Assembly (NCBI RefSeq): GCF_006345805.1 | Contig: NC_042998.1 | Location: forward strand, 42,594,001 to 42,658,000 | DNA length: 64,000 nt | Direction of reading: 5' to 3' | DNA from: Octopus sinensis | Taxonomy: Eukaryota | Shown here: piece by piece, positions 1-11,464 of the stretch | Position numbering within the stretch: position 1 is the stretch's first letter | Layout: each line of letters starts with the position of its first letter | Translations under genes and position numbers: made by a program | The notes under the pieces: model-generated | What the model saw: the letters and a program-made list of their open reading frames with translations, nothing else | What the model was told of the DNA's origin: nothing | Database searches by the model: none

Positions 1-171
1 ATGCTGGTGTGTTTACGTCCCCGTAACTTAGCGGCTCGGCAAAATAGACCGATAGAATAAGTACTAGGCTTACAAAGAATAAGTCCTGGGGTCGATTTGC
101 TCGACTAAAGGCGGTGTTCCAGCATGGCCGCAGTCAAATGACTGAAACAAGTAAAAGAGTAAAAAAAGAGT
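1..171 (+). mobile_element. SINE family A, 3' half (cut by window start)
   Basis: Near-identical to 31890-32056 and 44200-44352; ends in GACTGAAACAAGTAAAAGAGT tail. Confidence 0.9.
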
Positions 172-1800
172 TACTAACAGGATTCCGAAGTTGCCGCTTT
201 AGAGCCAATATAGAAAAGATATACATATACCAAACATACTACGCGCACATGGAAAATGTGGCCTCATACAAATAGAGAACTGTTACAAAGTAACAGCAGT
301 GGGACCATAAAAAATACTTAGAGACAAGCAAAGAGAAAAATTATTAGAGTTATAAGGGGTCATGAGGGAAAAACAATATACATTCTATATATAAGGGAAC
401 CAATAAAATATAAGACAGAAACTATTTACACCGAAGAAAAACAGTTAGATAAGGAGAAAGCAAAAAAAATAGGTGGGGGGTTAAAAGAAAAGAAACCAAA
501 TGTCAGAATCAAAACGGAATTCTAAAACATTATAAAGAATAAATGGAGAGAGACAATCAGTCAGAGTGAAATCAAATCTGGTTCAAAAGATCTGAGCTAA
601 AGACAGAGAAGGAAATCCTTATTTTAGCTGCGCAGAATCAATGACTAACCACAAATAACTGTCAGAAGAAAAATAATGATGAACAAAAAAAGACTAACAT
701 CAAGTGCGTAATATGTAATTAGTACACCGATTTGTGTACTAGGTAGTGGATAGCGATTTTCTTCACTACTTCAGGGAGTGACGACCCTGCTTGACACGAG
801 TCCCGGGCTCAGCTGGCTCCGGCTGACAGCAACCTGTATGGGCCCCTATCCAGGGTTACGGAAAGGAGACAGCCTTCAAAGAAATCCGGAGTGGAGCCCC
901 GTACGCGGTTTAGCGTTCAACTCAACACTCTTCCGGCAGCTCCTACAACCAAGCTGGTGCCAAACGTAATGCTTTGCACTCCTTTGGACTACATCAGCAA
1001 GGTCGAGAGAGGAATCCTGATGATTGGGCTACCTAGGATTTTCTTACATCTAGCCCACGCCTGCACAAAACTGGAGAGGAAACTGAAGAGGACATGAAAT
1101 GTAAAAACCAGACTGGATTAGTTTATGCGCAACTCCATTGTCTCCCGAGACAAAAGGATGCCAACAACAACAACACCCATTTGTGTAGAGTATGTGCTGC
1201 ATATGTTGTGTGTGTTATGAAAAAGTGTTATGTGAAGGGTTGTGCTATTAAATTGAAAGTATCTGATGCAGGATATGGGTTGTTGTTAGCAGAGGCATAT
1301 TTTGCCAGGTCCCAGATATTTCCACTGACTGGATCGACTCGGCATCTGTGGCCTTTGGCAATATGAAAACACTCCAACAAAAAAATGGATAGAAAGTGGT
1401 ACACTCATAAGATTAGGCTTGATGAAGAAACTGTCATAGTAGAAGGCTCTTGAAACTGAAATATGGACCATATAAGATACGGAAATTAAAATTCCACTAG
1501 TAATAATAATTGTAGCTAATGCTCCAATAAAAATGCCACAAAAATATAAATAAAATTTAAAAAATTAAAAAAAGTGCGAGGGTTCACAATTTTGCCTAGA
1601 GTACAAAAGTTAGCTCTGTTAGGCACAACCCAGATTCTACGTTGGGTGAATTCAATTCAATAGCACACCTCTGCTATGCATACTTTTTGCATAACACACA
1701 GAGCAAATATTCTGCACAAACTTCATTCAATACAATAACACAATTCACACAACACACACACTATAGAATAATCATCCAATTATATAAATATAGTATAACG
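172..1800 (+). mobile_element. Decayed R4/Dong-like (RLE-type) non-LTR retrotransposon, C-terminal region, interrupted at 739-1172
   Basis: 579-678 reads WFKRSELKTEKEILILAAQNQ*LTTNNCQK, then KCVIC at about 701; KWYTHK at about 1395; 1595-1663 reads PRVQKLALLGTTQILRWVNSIQ*, like the QKxALLGTAxILR C-terminus of this clade. Confidence 0.7.
739..1172 (+). mobile_element. Short non-autonomous RTE-like element with (CAA)n tail and 15-bp TSD
   Basis: TSD ACACCGATTTGTGTA (724-738) and ACACCCATTTGTGTA (1173-1187); CAACAACAACAAC tail; AAATCCGGAGTGGAGCCCC resembles RTE 5' UTRs (from memory). Confidence 0.65.
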
Positions 1801-2055
1801 CAGTATAATATAGCATAAGATAACGTACTCTACACAAGCACCACATAAGATAATACATTCCTACAAAGTGAAGATCCGATACTATAAATACTTCCTCCAT
1901 AGTGTCAACAATTCACAATCTACTTGAATACCATCCTGTCATTTATTACACTCTGGACAACGCACTCGGCAGTATTTCCTCATATATTTAATGCATTTTT
2001 CTTTTATTGAGTAACTGAACGCCACGCATCCGACTTTTGTTAACAGTAAGTATTT

Positions 2056-2472
2056 ATTTCTTTTTGCCCACAGGGGGCTAAACATAGAGGGAACAAACAA
2101 GGACAGACAAGGAGATTAAGTCGATTACATCGACCCCAGTGATTTACTGGTACTTATTTAATCGACCCCGAAAGGATGAAAGGCAAAGTCGACCTCGGCG
2201 TAATTTGAACTCAGAACATAACGGCAGACGAAATACTTATTTTTTTACTACCTACAAGGGGCTAAACACAGAAGGAACAAACAAGGACAGACAAACGGAT
2301 TAAGTCGATTATATCGACCTCAGTGCGTAACTGGTACTTATTTAATCGACCCAGAAAGGATGAAAGGCAAAGTTGACCTCGGCGGAATTTGAACTCAGAA
2401 CGTAGCGGCAGACGAAATACCGCAAAGCATTTCGCCCGGCGTGCTAACGTTTTTGCCAGCTCGCCGCCTTAG
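2056..2472 (-). mobile_element. SINE family B (AAGGCGGCGAGCTGGCAGAA head) with tandemly duplicated body
   Basis: 21-bp perfect TSD TTTTGTTAACAGTAAGTATTT at 2035-2055 and 2473-2493; body repeated at about 2060-2240 and 2245-2420. Confidence 0.92.
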
Positions 2473-2758
2473 TTTTGTTAACAGTAAGTATTTCCTCATA
2501 AGTGAGACTGACTCAGTCAGGATTGAAAGGGGATCGGATCAGTTGCCAAGTTTAATAAAATTAAGAGTCCTAAATTTTTAAATCTTGCCTATCACCACAG
2601 TGAAGAAAGAAGGATTATATAAATGCAAACTCTGGGTTTTTTTCTTTCATTTTTTTCTTTCTGCTCATTAAGGAAGCGGGTACAGAATCGTAAGCGCCAT
2701 GATCAAAATATTTAGTAGCATTTCTTCCGGCTCTTTACGTTCTAAGTTCAAATTCCAC

Positions 2759-2972
2759 TGTTATTTTGTAGGCGGAGGTGTTTTGTGTGTGTTGTATTTT
2801 GTGTTTAATATACGTTATGTTATGTCCTTCAGTGTCTGGTGATTATTGTATAGGAGAGCGGTCTTGAAACAGACGAATACCAGCACCCAACCAAACACCT
2901 CTCTCTCTCTCTCTCTCTGAGTGTATGTATATATACAACACACGCAAAATACCTCCGCCTAACAAAATAACA
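2759..2972. mobile_element. MITE-like element with about 38-bp terminal inverted repeats
   Basis: TGTTATTTTGTAGGCGGAGGTGTTTTGTGTGTGTTGTA (2759-2796) is the near reverse complement of 2934-2972; no clear TSD. Confidence 0.6.
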
Positions 2973-3055
2973 CACACTCTAATACTCTACACAACAAATG
3001 ACCGAAATATTGTAAAGTAACGTTAGAATAGAATAGAAAAAACAAAATTTATCTT

Positions 3056-3390
3056 TTATTTGTTTCAGTCACTGGACGATTGCAGCCATGCTGGGGATTC
3101 ACCTTGAAGGTTTTAAACGAACAAATTGACGCCAATACTTATTTTTTTCAGTTTGGTACTTAAGTCTATCGGTTACTTTTGCCGAACCACTAAAGTTACG
3201 AAGACACGAAACAAGTCAACATCGGTTGCTAGGCAGTGGTGGGACACGCACACACACACATGACAGGCTTCTTTTAGTTTCTGTCTTGCAACTTCACTCA
3301 AAAAGCTTTGGTCATTAGAAACCGCTTGCCCAAGATGCCACACGGTGTGATTGAAACCGGAACTAAGTGGCTGGGAAGTAAACACGCCTG
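3056..3390 (-). mobile_element. SINE family A, old diverged copy
   Basis: Colinear with the reverse complement of 31646-32056, with many substitutions. Confidence 0.8.
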
Positions 3391-3971
3391 ATAAAAATGA
3401 TTATTTTGTATTCTAAATTTGATGTAAATATAATCCCCATACACAATTTTTTTCCCAAGACTTGCTCAGAAGTCTAAGAATTAAATATTTATTTACTATT
3501 ATCTCGTATAAAAAAAATCTGAAAAGAATATCTTATTAAACAACAACAAAAAGATATCCTAATAATTATCTTTTTGTAATTATTTTCAACGTTCATTACT
3601 TAAAATCCTTCACAGTTATTTTACAAAATCCATACGCTTAAGAATAAGTTGTTTGTATGTACTTAAAGCAAACTGTACGTCAAGTATTGGCAACATATTT
3701 GTAACGGTGGGCCTCTTAAGATACGGATTCAAACCACATCTTAAAAAGAATACAGTAAAACAGAAGAATTATAGAGGAAATTAGTATTGTTCCAAAAATT
3801 GGTGACCATCAAAAGTTGGTACAAATAACTCAATAGAATACAAATTGTGGCACGAGGAAGAGAAGTCTAACATTTTGGGCGGAGGGGGAGATATGGAAGG
3901 GAGAGGAAAAGAGAGAAAAAGAGAGAAGGAGAGGGAGAAAGATTAAATGTTGACTGATGTTGACGGAGTGT

Positions 3972-4289
3972 GAAGGCGCGTGGCTTAGTGGTTAGGGTAT
4001 TCGGCTTACGATCGTCAGGTCGTGCTTTCAATTCCCCTTAATGCGTTGTGTCCTTGAGCAAGACACTTTATTTTACGTTGCCAAAGTCCACTCAGCTGGC
4101 AAAAATAAGTTGTACTTGTATTTCAAAAGAGCCAGCCTTGTCACATTCTGTGTCACGCTGAATTTCCCAGAGTGCTACGTTGATGGTACACGTGTCTGTG
4201 GGTTGCACAGCCACTTGCACGTTAACTTCACGAGCAGGCTGTTCCGTTGATCAACTGGAACCCTCGTTGTCGTAACCAATGGAGTGCCA
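3972..4289 (+). mobile_element. SINE family C (tRNA head, GTGTCCTTGAGCAAGACAC core)
   Basis: A box TGGCTTAGTGG and B-box-like TTCAATTCC; 9-bp TSD GTTGACGGA at 3959-3967 and 4290-4298. Confidence 0.85.
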
Positions 4290-5220
4290 GTTGACGGATT
4301 AACACATTGGGAGCAGTGAGAGTGCTTCTCTATTATGCAATCTACGAATTGTTTGAACGAACGAAATAATCTGATTTTTAATTGTCAACATAATTATGCA
4401 ACACATTCTCAAAGTACAAATAGCAGTGTCACCCAACGTGCCATTCCCTAACTATTCCTCTGCCCCCACTTGCAGCTCTTCTATGTATTTATAACTAACA
4501 ACTTTTTGACTACCTTTATAATTTTTACATTATTTCATTTTATATTTCTTCATAATTTTATTTTATTACTTTATCTTTCTATACCTTATATTTTCCTGAA
4601 ATTTTTATCTCCCCACACCTGTACATTAGAATATACAAGCACCCAAGCACGGATATACACCTACTACATACAACAAGCGCACAAAAATATACGCGTATGC
4701 GCGCTCTTATGCGCTTATATAGTTTTAAAATTAAGCAATAAACCACCAACGTACCTAGAATTACTATGTACCCTTACAAACCAAAAGCATCATCTTCCAC
4801 CTCCCTCTCTTTTCTCCCCACCTCTCCTAAAAAATTCTAAATTGATACGACTACTAAATCTTTTTCTATGACTCTGTTTAAATGTACTTACAGAGTGCTA
4901 CAATATATTTACTTATTTATTCAACAGTAGACCCAGTAAATGACCCCCAGCTTAAATTCACACAGATATTCCCTTAACCAGCTTCAATAATACCAAACTT
5001 TCCCCCTTCTCGTCCCCCTTGCCTTTTCGTTTTCATAATCTCATTCTTTTCCTTAACAAGTTTAGACATTTACCCTCTCCCATATATTACTTCTTCACAA
5101 ATATGCTTTCTCTTTTCTTCTCGAACTCAGTGCTTTCCACGCATTTTAGATCGAATCTCCTGCGAGATAACATGGCATCCCTTGACAGCAGTGTAAACTT
5201 CATTTGATTAAGGTATCTTT

Positions 5221-5303
5221 GGTCTGACGAGTAGCTAGCAGATTACTCCTCGTTTGGGTATTACTACTTCCGAGGTTCCGCTAGCTATAAAACATATGCA
5301 GTC
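5221..5303 (+). ncRNA. Decayed type I hammerhead ribozyme fold
   Basis: GGT-CTGACGA-GTAGCTAGC...GCTAGCTAT-AAAAC-ATAT-GCA-GTC; 9-bp helix II; G12 changed to A and U16.1 to C. Confidence 0.5.
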
Positions 5304-5484
5304 TGGCTTTATCTACTAGTATACACAGCAGCCCCGGCTGCTAATTGTAAACTATAAAATAACTTTTTTCAGCTAATCGAACTTCGAAATGAGAAAAATT
5401 TACAACCTTCTACGTCAATAAACCATTATTTTTTCTGAAAGTTCGTTTTAATATCTTCTACGGACTGCTCGAAGCTTACTAACT

Positions 5485-5560
5485 TGATCCTTGGATCCTA
5501 CACCATGATCCTTGGATCCTACACCATGATCCTTAGATCTTACCTTTACACACACACACA

Positions 5561-5639
<79 letters not shown>

Positions 5640-5642
5640 ACA
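5485..5642. repeat. 21-bp minisatellite (TGATCCTTGGATCCTACACCA, about 2.7 copies) followed by (CA)n
   Basis: Directly visible tandem units. Confidence 0.9.
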
Positions 5643-5773
5643 GCCTGCCGATGAGTCTGAGAAAGTCTAAAAATATTATTGGATTTGGGGGTTTACCAGC
5701 AAGGTGAAATTTTACACGAATATATAAAAATTTCGATTAAAAAAGATGATATAACTAAGTTACCCATATATAT

Positions 5774-6026
5774 AAACAATTGTAGCGTGGAAGGTGTTTA
5801 TAAGCCATTAAAAACACACACAAAAACCGTTAGTTTCACTGGTCAGTGATCAGGTTGCGCTCTCAAAGCGACGAAAATATTTTGGCAAATTAAATTTAAA
5901 TGTTGAAGTGAATCTAACGGTTTTTGTGTGTTTTTAAATGGTTTATAAACACCTTCCACGCTGCAATTGCTTTCGTTCCAGCACATGATCTCAGATCAGG
6001 TCACTTGCTATGTAGGTACATCTCCG

Positions 6027-6027
<1 letters not shown>
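5774..6027. mobile_element. Foldback (palindromic) non-autonomous element next to (TA)n, left arm partly deleted
   Basis: 5774-5840 is the near reverse complement of 5907-5973; same family as 26271-26510. Confidence 0.8.
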
Positions 6028-6059
<32 letters not shown>

Positions 6060-6186
6060 TTCAGCAAAATTTAGATTCAGAAGAATATGGTACTTAAGTT
6101 AAAGGCACCAGAATTTTGTATGGTATTATCCATATATACCAAATGGGGTGATTATAATCAAAATAAGCAAGGATATCCAAGGTAGA

Positions 6187-6272
6187 GTAGTACAATTGTT
6201 TCATGCTACTTCATTTTATTAAACACTGTAAGTATTACATCAGTTTTAAAATGTCGAGCAATCTTCAGCCAC
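6187..6272 (-). ncRNA. Type I hammerhead ribozyme, intact core
   Basis: GTGG-CUGAAGA-UUGCU...AGCAU-GAAAC-AAUU-GUA-CUAC; helix I 4 bp, long helix II, palindromic helix III; predicted cleavage between 6191 and 6190. Confidence 0.7.
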
Positions 6273-6411
6273 ATATAGAATTTTCCAATTAAACAGACAA
6301 TGTACATTCTTATCCCTATTTCATTTGCCAACATTATAAAGAGGGTAGATATATAGACAGAGAGGTTAATTTCATTCTTAAGAACATGATGGTAGTATGT
6401 TCATTCTCTAT

Positions 6412-6493
6412 CTGAAGATTGCTCAACATTTTAAAACTGATGTAATACTTATAGTGTTTAATAAAATGAAGTAGCATGAAACAATTGTACTAC
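6412..6493 (+). ncRNA. Hammerhead core copy in the inverted pseudo-LTR, 5' arm of helix I missing
   Basis: CTGAAGA...GAAAC-AATT-GTA-CTAC intact, but upstream TCTCTAT cannot pair with CTAC. Confidence 0.5.
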
Positions 6494-7654
6494 TCTACCT
6501 TGGATATCCTTGTTGCTTATTTGAGTATATATATATATATATATATATATACATGAATATATACACGCAGACATATACATACATATATGCATCTCTCTCT
6601 CCCTATATCTCTCATCCCTATATATATATATATATCAAATATATATATAATTAAGATTCAGTTGAATTAAGTACTTAAATTGAGGCACCTTGCTAGTTCA
6701 GTATAATCTGCAGACCCCAAGAATATTATTTGAATATTGTCTTTCAAGACTCCGTGTAGGGGTATTTGTATCCAATATTTTTGTCTTGTGTGCAGACAAC
6801 ACAACCCAGCTAAGTGAAGATATCCGCTCTTGGTAATTTAGACATGTACTTTTTAAAAAGGTACTTTCTATAGTATTTCCGAAGCGTAGATTCCAACTTA
6901 GGTGAGCAGAATATAAATAAGTAACAAAGATGTACAGGTGTCAATTCATTACGGCTGTTTCAAGCGGCTCCATTTCATTGATTAATGAAAACATTACATC
7001 AATTTTAAAGAAATCGTTCTCGTCAGATGAACGCATAGATTTCAAGCATAAAGGATAAACCATTTTTTTTAACGAATTTATATTAATAATGGAAACCAAA
7101 ATATTTACATTATTTCCTTTTGTTATAACTGGCAGAATGAGTTTAGAAGATAATGCATACCTTGTTAAGCCTACTATAATTTCGAGAGGAGCAGAGGGAA
7201 TAGTGGGGGTCAAGATAAAAAGAGTGGTGACGTAGTTGCTTATATTTAGAAGATTTTATGTAGTATGTAGTCTTCAACCATTTGGAATTAAATCCAATAG
7301 GAGTTGTCAACTGTATTCTAGTTAATGGTGATAAATTAATTAATGTCATACAATCTACTAGACACTCAATGTACTGGAACCATATATCTGGCTTTATCTA
7401 CATAAAAGGGTAAGTTGCAAGGCTGGTAGTAAAAAAACGTCTCGTGGGGAAGGGGCGGTAGCTGGAAGAAAGGAGGATAGGGGTATACAATACTTATTTA
7501 GTTTATCAAATAAAGGGGAATATAATGAAAAACCAAAAGAGATAAATAATATAAACTTTAGGGGTGGAAATTAGAATTGAAGGATACGGGAGGTAGTAAT
7601 TTATAACTTACCAAATTTATAATATAAAACTGAGAAAATTTAAATCAGTATATA

Positions 7655-7783
7655 CAGGGTGATTCAAAAGTTACCATACATAAGAAAAATTAATTTTTTT
7701 ATAAGAAACAGTTAAATAAAACAAAAACTGTTTCTTATAGAAAATAAATTGTTCTTATGTATGGCGACTTTTGAATCACCCTG
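7655..7783. mobile_element. 129-bp Tc1/mariner-type MITE nested in the PLE
   Basis: TIR CAGGGTGATTCAAAAGTTACCATACATAAGAA and its near reverse complement; TA TSD at 7653-7654 and 7784-7785. Confidence 0.9.
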
Positions 7784-8065
7784 TAGAATAAGGATAGAAA
7801 TTTAACTTAAGCCTTATAATGGGATATCTTAATATATAAGAAAAATTATTAAGAATACTCTAAGCATATTGTTTAAGGTCATGATAAAGACATTCTAAAA
7901 TCAATGTATAACGGAATTAGATTGTCATATGGATAGAAGTACATAGTATATTTCAAAGCAATAAAAAGAACTATCCTCTTCATTACGGGTGGATAAGATA
8001 TCGTAAAATATGGTATCGAATATAAGGGGTAATTGAATTACCCCATATGTATACTTAACCGCTCA

Positions 8066-8113
8066 TTATATTTCGCTTAGGTATAGCGAGACTAATAAAT
8101 ACTTACACACATA

Positions 8114-8162
<49 letters not shown>

Positions 8163-8416
8163 CACACACACACACACATATAAATACATACATACATGCA
8201 TATATAATGCATACACACATGCACACACACACACACACAAACACACACTGATGCATATTCACACATACAAACAATTATACATCCGTGGATTAGTCAGATT
8301 AATGCAATTTATATTTGCCTTACTTTTTGAATCGCATACATATACGGTTAGTTGTTTGTATAAGTATGAGTGTGTGTGTGTGCGTGAGTGCGCGCACGCG
8401 TGCGTGCGTGTGTGTA

Positions 8417-8468
<52 letters not shown>

Positions 8469-8512
8469 ATATATTATATATATATATAATATATATATAT
8501 ATTATATATATA

Positions 8513-8575
<63 letters not shown>
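8066..8575. repeat. Compound (CA)n/(TG)n/(TA)n microsatellite block
   Basis: Directly visible. Confidence 0.95.
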
Positions 8576-8577
<2 letters not shown>

Positions 8578-8592
8578 TATTCATCTGGACGG

Positions 8593-8664
8593 TCGTACCG
8601 ATGATCTACGGACATTTATGTGAGTAAAATTACGTAATATGTTAATAGTGAAACACGTATGCGA
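8593..8664 (+). ncRNA. Type I hammerhead fold with U4-to-C core variant
   Basis: TCGTA-CCGATGA-TCTA...TAGT-GAAAC-AC-GTA-TGCGA; helix I 5 bp including one G.U, extended helix II. Confidence 0.55.
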
Positions 8665-8815
8665 GTAATCCATATTTTATTGCTTTTTCTTTTGTCTTGC
8701 TCGATTACGTTTTGGTTGTTTTGCTAAATTTTTCTTGAGAACATTTCTTAGTGGTAAGACCATAGCGGATCTATTTCTAGCATAAAGGTGTCCGCATAGT
8801 GGTTTCCCTCTAATA

Positions 8816-10082
8816 TGTATATTTATTTTTCCACTGTTTATATATATATTTTTTACTGTTTATATGTTTGTACTGTCGTTACCGTCTTGCTTTTTTTACC
8901 CCTCTGCGAAAAGATCTGAATTTTAATTGATTTGCTTTTCGCAGGAAGGAAGTTTTCTTCGAAGTATACGTCTCGCTTTTATCCTTCGAAACGTTTAGTA
9001 GATGAAACCTTAGCGACTGAAGAAGGGGATTTTTTGTTGTGCTTATTGTCCTGTATCTCTTTTTTTGCTTGTCTTGTTCCTTGGTTTGTGTCTATGTTTT
9101 TCGTCTCTCTATGTGTTCGACGTCTTTTTGGTGTCCTGTACACATATATGCGTGTATATGTACATGTAGAGGTAGGTACGTACATATATGTTTATATATA
9201 TGCATATGTTCTATTTTATTAACATATTATACGACTAAACGCACGCACCCTATTAAGTAAGATTGTTCTGTTTATCAAGTTAGCCTTGATATTAACTCTC
9301 ACGCGACTCTGCATCTTTCTTTCTTTCTCTCCATTCCCTTTTTCGTCTTTTTTCCCTCACTTAACTTTGTCTCTTCCTCTCTCTCTCATTCTTCATTCTC
9401 TCTCTCCCTTTCACCATTCTTCATGGTCTCCTCGCACCATTCCCCTTCTTCTCTCTCTTCCTCTTGCTCTCCTCCCCCATTCCCGTCGTCCATCTGCGAC
9501 GATACTTCCGTCGTAACTGCTATCCTGTCTTTTCTCGCCCGCCTTCTAAGGCTACTGGTCGACATTTTTTCTCTCTCGTCGTCCACTATAATCCAGCGTT
9601 TGCAATACTTTTTTCGTCTGGCGTTAACAGCCCTTCTTATCTTGTTCTCCTTGTCCTGTCTCTCACTGTTTATATTTATTTTTCCACTGTTTATATATAT
9701 ATTTTTTACTGTTTATATGTTTGTACTGTCGTTACCGTCTTGCTTTTTTTACCCCTCTGCGAAAAGATCTCAGAATTTTAATTGATTTGCTTTTCGCAGG
9801 AAGGAAGTTTTCTTCGAAGTATACGTCTCGCTTTTATCCTTCGAAACGTTTAGTAGATGAAACCTTAGCGACTGAAGAAGGGGATTTTTCGTTGTGCTTA
9901 TTGTCCTGTATCTCTTTTTTTGCTTGTCTTGTTCCTTGGTTTGTGTCTATGTTTTTCGTCTCTCTATGTGTTCGACGTCTTTTTGGTGTCCTGTACACAT
10001 ATATGCGTGTATATGTACATGTAGAGGTAGGTACGTACATATATGTTTATATATATGCATATGTTCTATTTTATTAACATAT
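8816..10082. repeat. Pair of about 410-bp near-identical direct repeats (8818-9227 and 9671-10082) around a 443-bp spacer
   Basis: One substitution and one 2-bp indel found in the aligned core; both copies can be read as TG...AACA. Confidence 0.9.
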
Positions 10083-10142
10083 ATATATATATATATATGA
10101 AGTATTTTGCCCGGATTGATAATCCCTTACTATTTGTTTTGT

Positions 10143-10174
<32 letters not shown>

Positions 10175-10301
10175 TGTATGTATGTATGTATGTATGTATG
10201 TATGTATTCACACAAACATGCGCTCACGCGAAACAAGCACTGAAATAACGCAGACAAATTCGTCAATCACTAAATGGCTTTTTTGTATATATATTTATAA
10301 A

Positions 10302-10890
10302 CTAGTTGAGGTATCCGGTAATAAATTACCGGTAATAAGATGTTGTTTATAGCTATGAAACATTTTTCGCCAAATTTCGACATTTTTCAAAAAATTAAAA
10401 TCTATATTACTGGGTAGGACCAATTTGACGTAAGAATGAATAGAGTCTGGTAGCGAACCGATGTCATCGTCATTTGTATGCATGCGCGTCAAATGACGAA
10501 ATTTTACGCTTTGGAGCAGAATTCGTGAAATTGATGTCCCAACGGCTAGTGTGCAAAATGCCTAAAGTTTGCTTGAGAAATAAAATGCTCTTACCTAATC
10601 AAAACCTGATACACTGGAGAATTAAAATAACGAATTGAAATATTATTAAGTTTTGGAAGATCAAAACAATTCCCATTGAAATGCAGAACTAGCAAGTGCT
10701 AAATAAATTACCGTTAATAAGATGTCTGTTTATACCCATGAAACATATTTTGTCAAATTTTGGCATTTTTCGTCAAATTGATGTGACGATGGCTAGTGTG
10801 AAAAAAGCCGATATTTTACGATTTTTGAAAAATCGATGCTGATTAAAAATCGCTTTTTTAAAATTCCAAATGCGTAAGTAACCGCATGGG
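10302..10890 (-). mobile_element. Probable non-autonomous Helitron with internal direct repeats
   Basis: Minus strand ends with hairpin CCGGTAAT/ATTACCGG (10315-10332), 9 nt, then CTAG|T; about 70-bp repeat at 10320-10388 and 10702-10771; 5' end not located. Confidence 0.55.
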
Positions 10891-10970
10891 CATAAGCCCT
10901 CACACGTGTCAAGGTCTGTTATTGAAGATATATACATTCACAAACGGAAGTAAGAGGTAGAAAAAATACG

Positions 10971-11020
<50 letters not shown>

Positions 11021-11201
11021 ATAATATATATATAGCATTTTTTACTACCATAAAAGACTAATACACAGAAGGGACAATACAAGACAGACAAAACATGGGA
11101 GTCAAAATAGCGAATGGATAATGAAAGAGTGGAAATGATAAAAATGGAGTGCTGGACACGGGGCCCCCACAAACCACGTATCATCACTGATCTTCTTTTA
11201 G

Positions 11202-11457
11202 AATCACTGGTACTTATGTTCAAATCATTTCACTTACACATGTAACAAGGCATACACTCTTCATTCATAAATCAGGACAGACAAAATGGGTTGGAGCAAC
11301 ATATGATTAGACAAAATGTAACACTTGATGAAAAAGGAATGTCACATTGTCTCTTGATTTTCTTTTAATATCACTGGTACTCACGTTCAATCATCTCACA
11401 CATGTAGCAAGGCATATACTTTTCATTCACAGTACAGGCCAGACAAAATGTGGTGGG
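11202..11457. repeat. Two about 90-bp diverged direct repeats (11202-11294, 11369-11457)
   Basis: ATCACTGGTACT...CATGTA(A/G)CAAGGCAT...AGACAAAATG present twice. Confidence 0.75.
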
Positions 11458-11464
11458 TTGATGG

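Larger units (their letters stand above)
6058..8060 (-). mobile_element. Decayed Penelope-like element: RT remnant plus inverted pseudo-LTRs
   Basis: Minus-strand remnants WFQYIEC (about 7370, position of WxRYIDD) and SSDENDF (about 7020); about 108-bp inverted repeat 6162-6268 versus 6412-6522; terminus shared with 57214-57430. Confidence 0.7.

Noticed and set aside
130-171. SINE A tail hairpin followed by GAAAC-AA-GTA
   Set aside because: No CUGANGA core upstream, so not a hammerhead
3972-4050. tRNA-like A and B boxes here and at 23316, 31646, 40716 and 62791
   Set aside because: SINE heads that continue into repeat bodies; no full cloverleaf with acceptor stem
5485-5540. CRISPR-like or other prokaryotic repeat arrays
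   Set aside because: Repeats are head-to-tail without unique spacers, and the context is eukaryotic
8980-9030. Possible type II hammerhead (CGAAACG ... CTGAAGAAGGGG) in the direct repeats, and a similar CTGAAGA at about 21544
   Set aside because: No consistent helix I or helix III around a valid NUH triplet
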